The notes beneath the pieces were generated by a model, which saw only the letters and a list, made by a program, of their open reading frames with translations, had not been told where the DNA came from and did not search any database. Position numbers and translations under genes: made by a program. A stretch of DNA of 41,634 nucleotides, from positions 1 through 41,634 of the forward strand of contig DAOWGI010000063.1 of the NCBI GenBank assembly GCA_030637655.1, read 5' to 3'. Positions 1 through 7,649 of this stretch are shown one piece after another. The DNA is from a candidate division FCPU426 bacterium. Its GTDB lineage: Bacteria > Oederibacteriota > JAAXVQ01 > JAUVAV01. The stretch's first letter is position 1. Each line of letters starts with the position of its first letter.

Positions 1-10
1 CTTTGCTAAA

Positions 11-3000
11 GTGTTTGGGGCATTGAAGGGATATGGTGCCAAGATAAAAGAATTCAGCAGCGGGCTAATAGCCAAATTGACCAGAGGATCATTAAAGAAA
101 ATAGACGAAGTATCCAACGTATTGCCAAAGAATGGAATGTACGCGAGGGTGATGGAGAGTGATTTTGTTGCTAACTTTATTAGCGGTAATGGGAGATTAG
201 GTGGTGGCAAAGAAGTATTTGTTACAGCAGCCGATGATATTGTAGATATTAAGATGCCGAGAGGCTTAGGTGATAAATTAACACTACGAAAATCAAAATA
301 TTTACCCTTTAATAAAGACACATCAGATACAGTGATTGTATTTAAAAAGAATTCTGATAATATTAGTAGTCCGATACAAACATCCCCTAAAAGATGGTTT
401 GGATTTAAAGGGAAAGGCACAACCAAAGGTGGTGCCAGAGAATGGGTAGCTCAGAACGATAACTTGAGTGGCTTACAAAAGCAAGGATTTGAGATTCAGG
501 AAATATATACCTTAGATAAGCAAGGGAGGAAAATACAATGGGATATTGCTGTAAAGGAAAACGGGAAATATACGGTGACCGGTTTCACGGTCTCTGGGCA
601 GAGTGGCAAGAACGCCGGATTAGAAAAAACATTGACAAGATTGCAGTCGGAGATTGGGAACGAGCATATAAATGTAGGAAATGTGGACAGTATTGGTGGG
701 AAAAATATGAAGCAGATGGACACGGGGAACACCCGGTTCTTAGAAAAGTCACCAAAGAAGAACTTATCACCAAATTTCCCACCCTCCGCGACAAAATCTA
801 GCGCCAGCACCCTGAGCCGATCCCTGAGCTTGTCGAAGGGGTCGAAGGGTAAATCCCTTGTCAAAGCCGCCGGCGTAGCCCTGGTCACCGGAGCCTTAGT
901 CGGCGGCACAACCAAAGCAGTGGCCAAATCCGTAGGCACGAATACAGGTATTCGCCCTGAAACAACTCACCCCGCCGAAACCACCAACCAAATCGAATCC
1001 ACCCGCGCCGGTCCCGAACCCGCAGGGGCGAACCTTGTGTTCGCCCGTCAATCCGCCCAACCCGTAGGGGCAACCCTTGCGGTTGCCCAACAATCCGATA
1101 AAACCGTAGGGAACGGTCGCGACCGTTCCCTACAACATGCGGTTCAATCCGCATCATCTGCGATCCAACAATCCACCAAATCCGTCACCACTGAACTCAC
1201 CTCCAAATATCACATCTGGGGCCACATCGCCAAAGTCGCCCCAGAAGTCCGGCAGATGGCCCAGGAATTGGGCATTGAAAAAGAAATGGCCGGTCTGCTA
1301 GAAGGCGCATCACTCGGTGACTTCATGAAAGATGGCATCGTCAATGCCTGGTCCATCATCGGCCAGATCGCCATGAACTTTGTGCCAATCGCTGATCAAG
1401 GCAGTGACATAAGAGACATCGGCGCAGCCATCAAGAACTTGATCAATAATCAAGGCAAAAAACTAGGCGATTGGGGCAACCTCGGATTAAACGGAATAAG
1501 ATTTGTCCCCCTGATCGGCCTCATAACCTTTGGCCCGAAAATATATAAACACGCCGATGAATTCAAAAGCGCCATCAAATCCCTGATAACCAATAACAAA
1601 GCTTTTGCCAAAGTGTTTAAGGCTTTAGAAGGCCAATGGAAAGGTATAAAAGAATTTGCAGCCAATCTAAAATCTAATCCTGTTAAGTTTGCTGATAAAG
1701 TCAAGTTTATGGTTAAGTCACGTTTACGCAAATTCGGTATTCTCAAAATCATAAAGCCTGAGAATGGGTTGTATGCGAGGGTGGTGGATGAAGGTAAGTT
1801 GTTGGAAATATTAGATGGTAAGAAATTATCCTTTGATACTAATGTAAAAACATTTATTGCACCACTGGATGATATAGCAGATGTGCGTACAGGTAAAGAA
1901 ATGGGTAAAAGATGTACATTGTTAAAAATGAATGGTGATCTTAGAAAAGATGGTAATGTAGTAATTGTCTTTAAAATGTCGAAAGAAAATGCTAATAAAG
2001 TAATGGACAAACCAGTAACAACCCATCACAAAGGATTCAAGAATTATGGTCAGGAAGGCGGCAATCTGACTAAAGGCGGCTCCCGTGAATGGGATATGAA
2101 AAATTGCACTTTAGATGAATTAAAAACTCAAGGTGGAGAAATAAAAGAAATTTATAAACTGACGGATAAGGGAGGCAAAGAAATCTTATGGAAACCAACT
2201 GCTGCAACCTCAAAAAAGATGTCCTTGGAAGGTACGGAGGCGATAAAAAGTCAAATAAACAAGAAGATAGAGATTTTGAAATCCTCAGAAAACAAGTTGA
2301 ATTCATCGGGACTAGCAAAACAAGAGATGAAAGTCTTGCCCGATGCAAAGATTGCGGGGAGCTCTGGATCCATACCTATGAAGGCGAAGGACATGAAGAA
2401 CATGCAGTCTACACCAAAATTACCCCCTCCGAAGCCCTCACTCGCTTCCCGGACCTCAAAGACAAAATCTAGCGCCAGCACTCTGAGCCGATCCCTGAGC
2501 ATGTCGAAGGGGTCGAAGGGTAAATCCCTTGTCAAAGCCGCAGGCGTAGCCCTGGCCACCAGCGCCCTGATCGGCGGCACCACCAAAGCAGTCGCCAAAA
2601 TCGTAGGGGCGAATCCACGTATTCGCCCGGAAACAATTCAGCCCGCCGAATCCACCAAACAAATCGAATCCACCCGCGCCGGCCCTGAACCCGTAGGGGC
2701 AACCCTTGCGGTTGCCCAACAATCCGCCCAAATCGTAGGGGCGAATCCACGTATTCGCCCAATGGTTGAATCTGTGAAATCTGTGATCCCATCTGCGAAA
2801 TCCGCAATCAAAGCCGCCCGCGCAGTCGACAAAATCTTCAATCCTGACAATGGCAAATACCAGGGACCGCCGGACAACCTGGAAAACCTCAACCCCGGCG
2901 ACACCTACAAAACCCCCAATGGAGTAGAAATCGAGATCAAAGAAAAATATAAAACTCCAGACGGCGAGGAGCGGATAAAAGGCCGCGTACTACCGAAGGC

Positions 3001-5038
3001 AGAAAAGCAGCAGCCGCAAAATACCGTAGGAGCGCAATGCATTGTGCCTAATAACGCCGGCCCGGAATTGAAAACCGTAGGGGCAACCCGCTTGTCTTGG
3101 CGAAGCTTGGCGAAGACGGGTGCGGTTGCCCAACAATCCGACAACCCCGTAGGGGCACAGCATGCTGTGCCCAATATCGTTGATAAAATCGCAACCTTGA
3201 GCATCATCAAAGAAAGAGTCATTAAATCAGATACTGTTATTAACACCGGAGAAAAACTAAGCGCAGCTCGGGGCAATAAAAAAGCCCAAGCCAATGTGCT
3301 GCTTAAAGATGCACAAAAAGAAGAACGCAAAATCAACAATCTTGGCAGCATTATCCAGGAATTACGGAGTAGTTACCAAAAAGCCGAGACCACCCTGGCC
3401 AAGACCAGCCCGGCATTATATACCGCCATGGTCAAGGTTGCGGAACTACTCGATCAAAAAGCAGTGGCAGGCATGTTTGTCAAAGGCACCACGCCGGAAC
3501 TATTAAAAGCCGTAGCCAACGGTTTGGTTAAAGAAATCGCAAGCATCAAAGCAGGTGTAGAAAAAGGCGAAGGCTGGGCAACAGGCAGGCTGGGAGAAAT
3601 GAAAGCCAGACTGAGCCAGTTAAAGCAGGAAGTGGATAATTACATCAAAGCTAATATCTGGGAAGGCATCGGTCCGGTCGGGAAACTGGCATTAGCCGTA
3701 ACCTGGGGCAGTGAGAAACTGCATGAAAAAGCTGGACAGACAGAAGGCTGGGCAGGAATCGGATTGAAGTTGATTGCTCAGTTCAATCCCGGTAACATGA
3801 TCATGGGAAGCTGGGGGTCATTAACCGGCGGAGAGAAAATTACGATGGGAAGAAAGATAGCCTCGGGTGCAAGTGTTGTGGTAGGAACAGCAGCCATGGG
3901 CTTTACATATCTCAATCCTGCCATATTAGGAATCCAGACCGGATTGATCTTGTCCCAGGAAGCAGCTTATGCTGGGTGCATCAAATCAGGCATGAGTGTA
4001 GAAAAAGCAGAGACCATAAAAGCAGGAATAGGCAGTATAGGATTCCTGATGGTCATGGCCAGTTGGAAGAGCAATCCGGTCAAAGCAGCCAAGCAAGCAG
4101 GCGGCTTGCTCGTAGGAATCAAAGCAGTAGGCAAAGACATGCTGACCAAAAGCTATGCAGCCCGACTGGGTGCGTTCTTTATGATAGAAAAAGCAGCAAA
4201 AGGAACAGCGTGGCTGATAAATGAAAGTTTGGGTGGCGACAAGTACACAAATAATGTTATAAAAGGAACCATAATCGGAATAGGATTCAAATTTGGCGCC
4301 AAACCGGCACAGCAATTCGTGCGGAAGATGATCAGAGAAATCGAGGTGAAATCAATTGCTCTTCAAATCGAGAAAGCAGAAGGATATAGAAGCCCTACTG
4401 GAATGGGCGCCGCCAAACCCGGCATGGACAAAAGAGCAGTTGACCGAGCATTACTCGAAGAAATTACGGGAGTTAAAGGAACAGTTGTTGGGGGCGTTAA
4501 AGGAGCAAAAGTCGTTAAGGCAAAAAGGCACACTGTTAGAGCAGAAGCAGCGAGAAACAGAGCAGAAGCAGCGAGAAACAGAGCAGAAGCAGCGAGAAAC
4601 AGAGCAGAAGCAGCGAGAAACAGAGCAGAAGTTAGAGAATTTAGAGCAGGAGAACGACAAGCTGCTGGACAATTACAACAATCTGCTCAAACAGTACGAC
4701 GTACTGGAAGCCAAGGTGAGAGCCTCGATCAGCGGATAGCCGGATATAGCGCCCAGAACGAAATACTAAGCTTTACAGACAAAACCTTGGGCTATATAGG
4801 TAATCTGGCCAAAGGCTTCAAACCTGAATATCAGAAACACCAACCCGAATCAATCAGACCAAAAATAAATAACACTATCATCACCGGGGCAGCACGTCCC
4901 GGCCTCATCAGCACAACCATGAGTACTATGCGCAATTTCACCACCCCCTGGCGCACCGGTCTAGCCGGGGCAACAGGAGTGGGGCTGGTGATGGGGATAG
5001 GAGACAGGATCAATCAAGACTTGCACGAACGACAATAA
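11..5038 (+). CDS. Giant modular polymorphic-toxin-like protein, probably 5'-partial: two Ntox10-like domains (~122-538, ~1757-2188), pre-toxin TG-like segment (~1361-1520), REP-derived linkers, Gly/Ala-rich hydrophobic C-terminal region
   Basis: 1675-codon open frame with no stop back to nt 2. FAKVFGALKG at the window edge matches internal FAKVFKALEG (offset 1602 nt), so the gene likely starts upstream. Two copies of P-x-NG-x-YARV...F(V/I)xxxDDI...VIVFK...GF...TKGG(A/S)REW. Confidence 0.75.
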   Translation: MFGALKGYGAKIKEFSSGLIAKLTRGSLKKIDEVSNVLPKNGMYARVMESDFVANFISGNGRLGGGKEVFVTAADDIVDIKMPRGLGDKLTLRKSKYLPFNKDTSDTVIVFKKNSDNISSPIQTSPKRWFGFKGKGTTKGGAREWVAQNDNLSGLQKQGFEIQEIYTLDKQGRKIQWDIAVKENGKYTVTGFTVSGQSGKNAGLEKTLTRLQSEIGNEHINVGNVDSIGGKNMKQMDTGNTRFLEKSPKKNLSPNFPPSATKSSASTLSRSLSLSKGSKGKSLVKAAGVALVTGALVGGTTKAVAKSVGTNTGIRPETTHPAETTNQIESTRAGPEPAGANLVFARQSAQPVGATLAVAQQSDKTVGNGRDRSLQHAVQSASSAIQQSTKSVTTELTSKYHIWGHIAKVAPEVRQMAQELGIEKEMAGLLEGASLGDFMKDGIVNAWSIIGQIAMNFVPIADQGSDIRDIGAAIKNLINNQGKKLGDWGNLGLNGIRFVPLIGLITFGPKIYKHADEFKSAIKSLITNNKAFAKVFKALEGQWKGIKEFAANLKSNPVKFADKVKFMVKSRLRKFGILKIIKPENGLYARVVDEGKLLEILDGKKLSFDTNVKTFIAPLDDIADVRTGKEMGKRCTLLKMNGDLRKDGNVVIVFKMSKENANKVMDKPVTTHHKGFKNYGQEGGNLTKGGSREWDMKNCTLDELKTQGGEIKEIYKLTDKGGKEILWKPTAATSKKMSLEGTEAIKSQINKKIEILKSSENKLNSSGLAKQEMKVLPDAKIAGSSGSIPMKAKDMKNMQSTPKLPPPKPSLASRTSKTKSSASTLSRSLSMSKGSKGKSLVKAAGVALATSALIGGTTKAVAKIVGANPRIRPETIQPAESTKQIESTRAGPEPVGATLAVAQQSAQIVGANPRIRPMVESVKSVIPSAKSAIKAARAVDKIFNPDNGKYQGPPDNLENLNPGDTYKTPNGVEIEIKEKYKTPDGEERIKGRVLPKAEKQQPQNTVGAQCIVPNNAGPELKTVGATRLSWRSLAKTGAVAQQSDNPVGAQHAVPNIVDKIATLSIIKERVIKSDTVINTGEKLSAARGNKKAQANVLLKDAQKEERKINNLGSIIQELRSSYQKAETTLAKTSPALYTAMVKVAELLDQKAVAGMFVKGTTPELLKAVANGLVKEIASIKAGVEKGEGWATGRLGEMKARLSQLKQEVDNYIKANIWEGIGPVGKLALAVTWGSEKLHEKAGQTEGWAGIGLKLIAQFNPGNMIMGSWGSLTGGEKITMGRKIASGASVVVGTAAMGFTYLNPAILGIQTGLILSQEAAYAGCIKSGMSVEKAETIKAGIGSIGFLMVMASWKSNPVKAAKQAGGLLVGIKAVGKDMLTKSYAARLGAFFMIEKAAKGTAWLINESLGGDKYTNNVIKGTIIGIGFKFGAKPAQQFVRKMIREIEVKSIALQIEKAEGYRSPTGMGAAKPGMDKRAVDRALLEEITGVKGTVVGGVKGAKVVKAKRHTVRAEAARNRAEAARNRAEAARNRAEAARNRAEVREFRAGERQAAGQLQQSAQTVRRTGSQGESLDQRIAGYSAQNEILSFTDKTLGYIGNLAKGFKPEYQKHQPESIRPKINNTIITGAARPGLISTTMSTMRNFTTPWRTGLAGATGVGLVMGIGDRINQDLHERQ
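538..801 (+). CDS. Nested Imm27-like immunity protein 1 (alternative frame inside the giant ORF)
   Basis: SD AAGGGAGG at 522-529, 8 nt before the ATG. Homologous to 2188..2472 (CC, CxxCGxxW, YExxGHxEHxVxxKxTxxE, FPxLxDKI). Starts exactly where the toxin-like domain ends. Confidence 0.75.
   Translation: MGYCCKGKREIYGDRFHGLWAEWQERRIRKNIDKIAVGDWERAYKCRKCGQYWWEKYEADGHGEHPVLRKVTKEELITKFPTLRDKI
790..1020 (+). repeat. Linker copy A, near-identical to 2461..2691 (offset 1671 nt)
   Basis: GACAAAATCTAGCGCCAGCAC...AAATCGAATCCACCCGCGCCGG shared at DNA level; peptide TKSSASTLSRSLS(L/M)SKGSKGKSLVKAAGVAL...QIESTRAGPEP. Confidence 0.9.
932..1133 (+). repeat. Cluster of four GTAG-type REP-like palindromes in frame within the giant ORF
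   Basis: Elements start at 932, 1022 (GCAG variant), 1064 and 1106. 1106..1133 GTAGGGAACGGTCGCGACCGTTCCCTAC is a perfect 28-nt palindrome. Confidence 0.85.
2188..2472 (+). CDS. Nested Imm27-like immunity protein 2 (alternative frame inside the giant ORF)
   Basis: SD AAGGGAGG at 2168-2175. Same motif set, same relative frame and same position behind the toxin-like domain as 538..801. Confidence 0.75.
   Translation: METNCCNLKKDVLGRYGGDKKSNKQEDRDFEILRKQVEFIGTSKTRDESLARCKDCGELWIHTYEGEGHEEHAVYTKITPSEALTRFPDLKDKI
2461..2691 (+). repeat. Linker copy B, near-identical to 790..1020
   Basis: Direct DNA similarity read by eye. Confidence 0.9.
2603..3172 (+). repeat. Six GTAG-type REP-like palindromes in frame within the giant ORF
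   Basis: GTAGG starts at 2603, 2693, 2735, 3026, 3077 and 3149, each followed by a hairpin (e.g. GGGCGAAT-CCACGT-ATTCGCCC, GGGCAACC-CTTGC-GGTTGCCC, GGGCACAGCATGCTGTGCCC). Confidence 0.85.
4356..4739 (+). CDS. Possible nested coiled-coil protein in the +1 frame of the giant ORF
   Basis: SD-like GAGGTG at 4343-4348, 7 nt before a TTG. Product is E/Q/K/L-rich with heptad character that extends beyond the tandem repeat. Confidence 0.45.
   Translation: MLFKSRKQKDIEALLEWAPPNPAWTKEQLTEHYSKKLRELKEQLLGALKEQKSLRQKGTLLEQKQRETEQKQRETEQKQRETEQKQRETEQKLENLEQENDKLLDNYNNLLKQYDVLEAKVRASISG
4538..4631 (+). repeat. 21-nt tandem repeat, about 4.5 copies (AGAGCAGAAGCAGCGAGAAAC)
   Basis: Perfect copies at 4538, 4559, 4580, 4601 and a partial copy at 4622. 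Reads RAEAARN in the main frame and EQKQRET in the +1 frame. Confidence 0.95.
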
Positions 5039-5062
5039 ATAAATGTAAAAACACAGTGCTTC

Positions 5063-5091
5063 CCGGGACGTTGTTCAATAATACGGTTAGC
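5063..5091 (+). repeat. Transposase-associated short repeat (CCGGGACGTTGTTCAATAATACGGTTAGC)
   Basis: Related copies at 7512-7587 (direct) and 8638-8658 (inverted). Confidence 0.75.
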
Positions 5092-5175
5092 CCCGAAAAA
5101 ACGGGATGGGGATGAGTGAAAGTTTATATAACAGAATGAATAATAATGAATAAAGCAACCATGAGGGAGAATGTA

Positions 5176-7494
5176 ATGAAGTCAAAGAAGAATTATTTAA
5201 TAACATTAGTTGCCATGCTGCTGTTTATGAACATGCCGCTAATCGGAAAATCCGCAGATTCGCAAAATGTTAATCTGATAGGAGAGTTGGTAGGAGGATT
5301 ATCTTGCGATGTGGCTGTTCAAGGCAATTATGCATATGTGACAACGAAAAAAAAACTGAGTATATTGGATATTACCAATCCGGTTACTCCTATTCTGATA
5401 GCTGATTTTAAAACGCTATATTCAATCAATGGCAATAGTGTAGAAGTCAACGGCAATTATGCCTATGTTGTGATTGAAGGTCACGGACGCCTGCAAGTGA
5501 TAAATATTAGCAATCATTCAAATCCGACCGCAGAAGGGTATTATGACACACCCGGGAGTGCTGAAGAGGTGGCCGTAAGCGATAATTATGCCTATGTAGC
5601 GGATGGTTCCAGTGGTCTGCGGGTAATAGATATCAGCATACCATCCGCACCTACAGAAGCAGGGTATTATGTCACACCAGGATGGGCCAAAGGCATATCC
5701 GTCAGCGGGAGTTACGCTTATGTGGCGGATTATGGTAGCGGACTGCGAGTGATAGATATCAGCAATCCTGCAGCACCAACAGAAGCCGGGTATTATAACA
5801 CATCCGGGTTTGCTGAAGAGGTGGCCGTAAGCGGTAATTATGCCTATGTAGCGGATGGTTCCAGTGGTCTGCGAGTGATAGATATCAGCACGGCCGCCTC
5901 ACCCACAGAGGTCGGATATTACGACACTCCGGGATATGCCCATGCCGTGGCTATGAGCGGTAATTATGCCTATGTGGCGGATTATAGTAGCGGACTGCGA
6001 GTCATTGATATCAGCAATCCTGCAGCACCAACAGAAGCCGGTTATTATGACACATCCGGGAGTGCCCGAGGTGTGGCCGTAAGCGGTAATTACACCTATA
6101 TGGCGGATTATGACAGAGGCTTGCGAGTGATTGATATCAGCAATCCTGTAGTACCCGCAGAATCTGGATATTTTAATCCACCAAAAGATTGTCATGGCGT
6201 TGCAGTATCCGGCAATTATGCCTATGCGGCAGATGGTTGGAATGGCTTGCAAGTGATAAATATCAGCAATCCTACAGCACCAACAGAAGTAGGATATTAT
6301 ATTACACCATATTACGCTTGGGATGTTGCAATAAGCGGCAACTATGCATATGTGGCGGATGGTGAAGAAGGTTTACGAGTGATTGATATCAGCACGCCTG
6401 CCTCACCGACGGAGGCAGGGTATTATGACACGCCCGGGTATGCTTATAGCGTGGCCATAAGCGACAACTATGCTTATATGGCGGATAATGATAAAGGCCT
6501 GCGGGTGATTAATATCAGCACGCCTACCTCACCAACAGAAGCCGGGTATTATGATACGCCCTATGCCAGAGGCGTGGCTGTAAGCGGTAATTATGCCTAT
6601 GTGGCGGATGGTTACAGTGGTTTAAGAGTGATTAATATCAGCACGGCCGCTTCACCAACAGAAGCGGGGTATTATGACACGCCCTGTGGAGACGTGGCCG
6701 TAAGCGGCAATTATGCGTATGTGGCGGGTGGTCCCAGCGGCCTGCGTGTGATTGATATCAGCAATCCTGCCACACCAACCGAGGTCGGGTATTATGACAC
6801 GCCCGGGTATGCTTATAGCGTGGCCATAAGCGGCAACTATGCTTATATGGCGGATCATGATAAAGGCCTGCGGGTGATTAATATCAGCACGCCTACCTCA
6901 CCGACAGAGGCAGGGTATTATTATGACACGCCCGGGTATGGGTATGCTTCTTATAGCGTGACCGTAAGCGGGAATTATGCTTATGTGGGCAACGAGGAAG
7001 GAGGTTTTGAAATATATAAATTCACACCGTCTACTCCTACCCCAACCTCAACCCAGACTCCAACTATAATAGTGACCTCAACTATCTCGCCTACACTAAC
7101 CATTACCCCAATCTCAACCCAGACTCCAACTATAACAGTGACCTCAACTATCTCGCCTATACTAACCATTACCGCAACCTCAACACCGACCCCAACCGTG
7201 ACACCTACTCCACAGAGCATCAACACCTTTGGCCGAGAAATCATCGCCTACCCCAACCCGGCTCGTGACAAAGTTACTTTTGCTTTGCAGGAAACCGGAG
7301 TGGATGAAGTTATAATTGAAATCTATAATTTTTCCGGAGAAAAGATAGCACAAATTCAGGAAAATCAACCGGGCCAGGTGCTTACCTGGGAAACAATGGG
7401 TATTGCTCCGGGGATTTATTTATATAAAACAGTAATAAAGGTAAATGGGCAGGAAAAACGGCTGGGTATAAAGAAAATCGCGATTGTTCGCTGA
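5176..7494 (+). CDS. Secreted LVIVD-repeat (beta-propeller) protein with Thr/Pro/Ser linker and T9SS-type-like C-terminal Ig domain
   Basis: Signal peptide; 14 repeats of VAVSGNYAYVADxxxGLRVIDISNP; TPTPT linker; C-terminal AYPNPA...IEIYNFSGE...PGIYLYK...KKIAIVR. Alternative starts at 5146 and 5161. Confidence 0.9.
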   Translation: MKSKKNYLITLVAMLLFMNMPLIGKSADSQNVNLIGELVGGLSCDVAVQGNYAYVTTKKKLSILDITNPVTPILIADFKTLYSINGNSVEVNGNYAYVVIEGHGRLQVINISNHSNPTAEGYYDTPGSAEEVAVSDNYAYVADGSSGLRVIDISIPSAPTEAGYYVTPGWAKGISVSGSYAYVADYGSGLRVIDISNPAAPTEAGYYNTSGFAEEVAVSGNYAYVADGSSGLRVIDISTAASPTEVGYYDTPGYAHAVAMSGNYAYVADYSSGLRVIDISNPAAPTEAGYYDTSGSARGVAVSGNYTYMADYDRGLRVIDISNPVVPAESGYFNPPKDCHGVAVSGNYAYAADGWNGLQVINISNPTAPTEVGYYITPYYAWDVAISGNYAYVADGEEGLRVIDISTPASPTEAGYYDTPGYAYSVAISDNYAYMADNDKGLRVINISTPTSPTEAGYYDTPYARGVAVSGNYAYVADGYSGLRVINISTAASPTEAGYYDTPCGDVAVSGNYAYVAGGPSGLRVIDISNPATPTEVGYYDTPGYAYSVAISGNYAYMADHDKGLRVINISTPTSPTEAGYYYDTPGYGYASYSVTVSGNYAYVGNEEGGFEIYKFTPSTPTPTSTQTPTIIVTSTISPTLTITPISTQTPTITVTSTISPILTITATSTPTPTVTPTPQSINTFGREIIAYPNPARDKVTFALQETGVDEVIIEIYNFSGEKIAQIQENQPGQVLTWETMGIAPGIYLYKTVIKVNGQEKRLGIKKIAIVR

Positions 7495-7511
7495 CCGCTG
7501 AGGTAGAGTTT

Positions 7512-7587
7512 CCGGGACTTTGTTCAATAACAAGATTTCGGATTCCGGGACGTTGATTCCGGGACGTTGATCGGTAATACGGTTAGC
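7512..7587 (+). repeat. Three CCGGGAC(G/T)TTG repeats upstream of the transposase
   Basis: CCGGGACTTTGTTCAATAA, CCGGGACGTTGA and CCGGGACGTTGATCGGTAATACGGTTAGC. Confidence 0.75.
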
Positions 7588-7649
7588 AAAAATTAATAAT
7601 ATTTTTGAAAAAAGTGCAAGGAATTATAAAAATATCTGTCTAATAATGT

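Noticed and set aside
3294-4224. Other alternative-frame ORFs in the giant gene (3294..3506, 3976..4224) and the antisense ORFs
   Set aside because: No convincing SD, no paralogue and shadow-like composition, unlike 538..801 and 2188..2472.
5176-7494. Diversity-generating retroelement behind the LVIVD or linker repeats
   Set aside because: No reverse transcriptase in the window and differences between copies are not confined to adenines.
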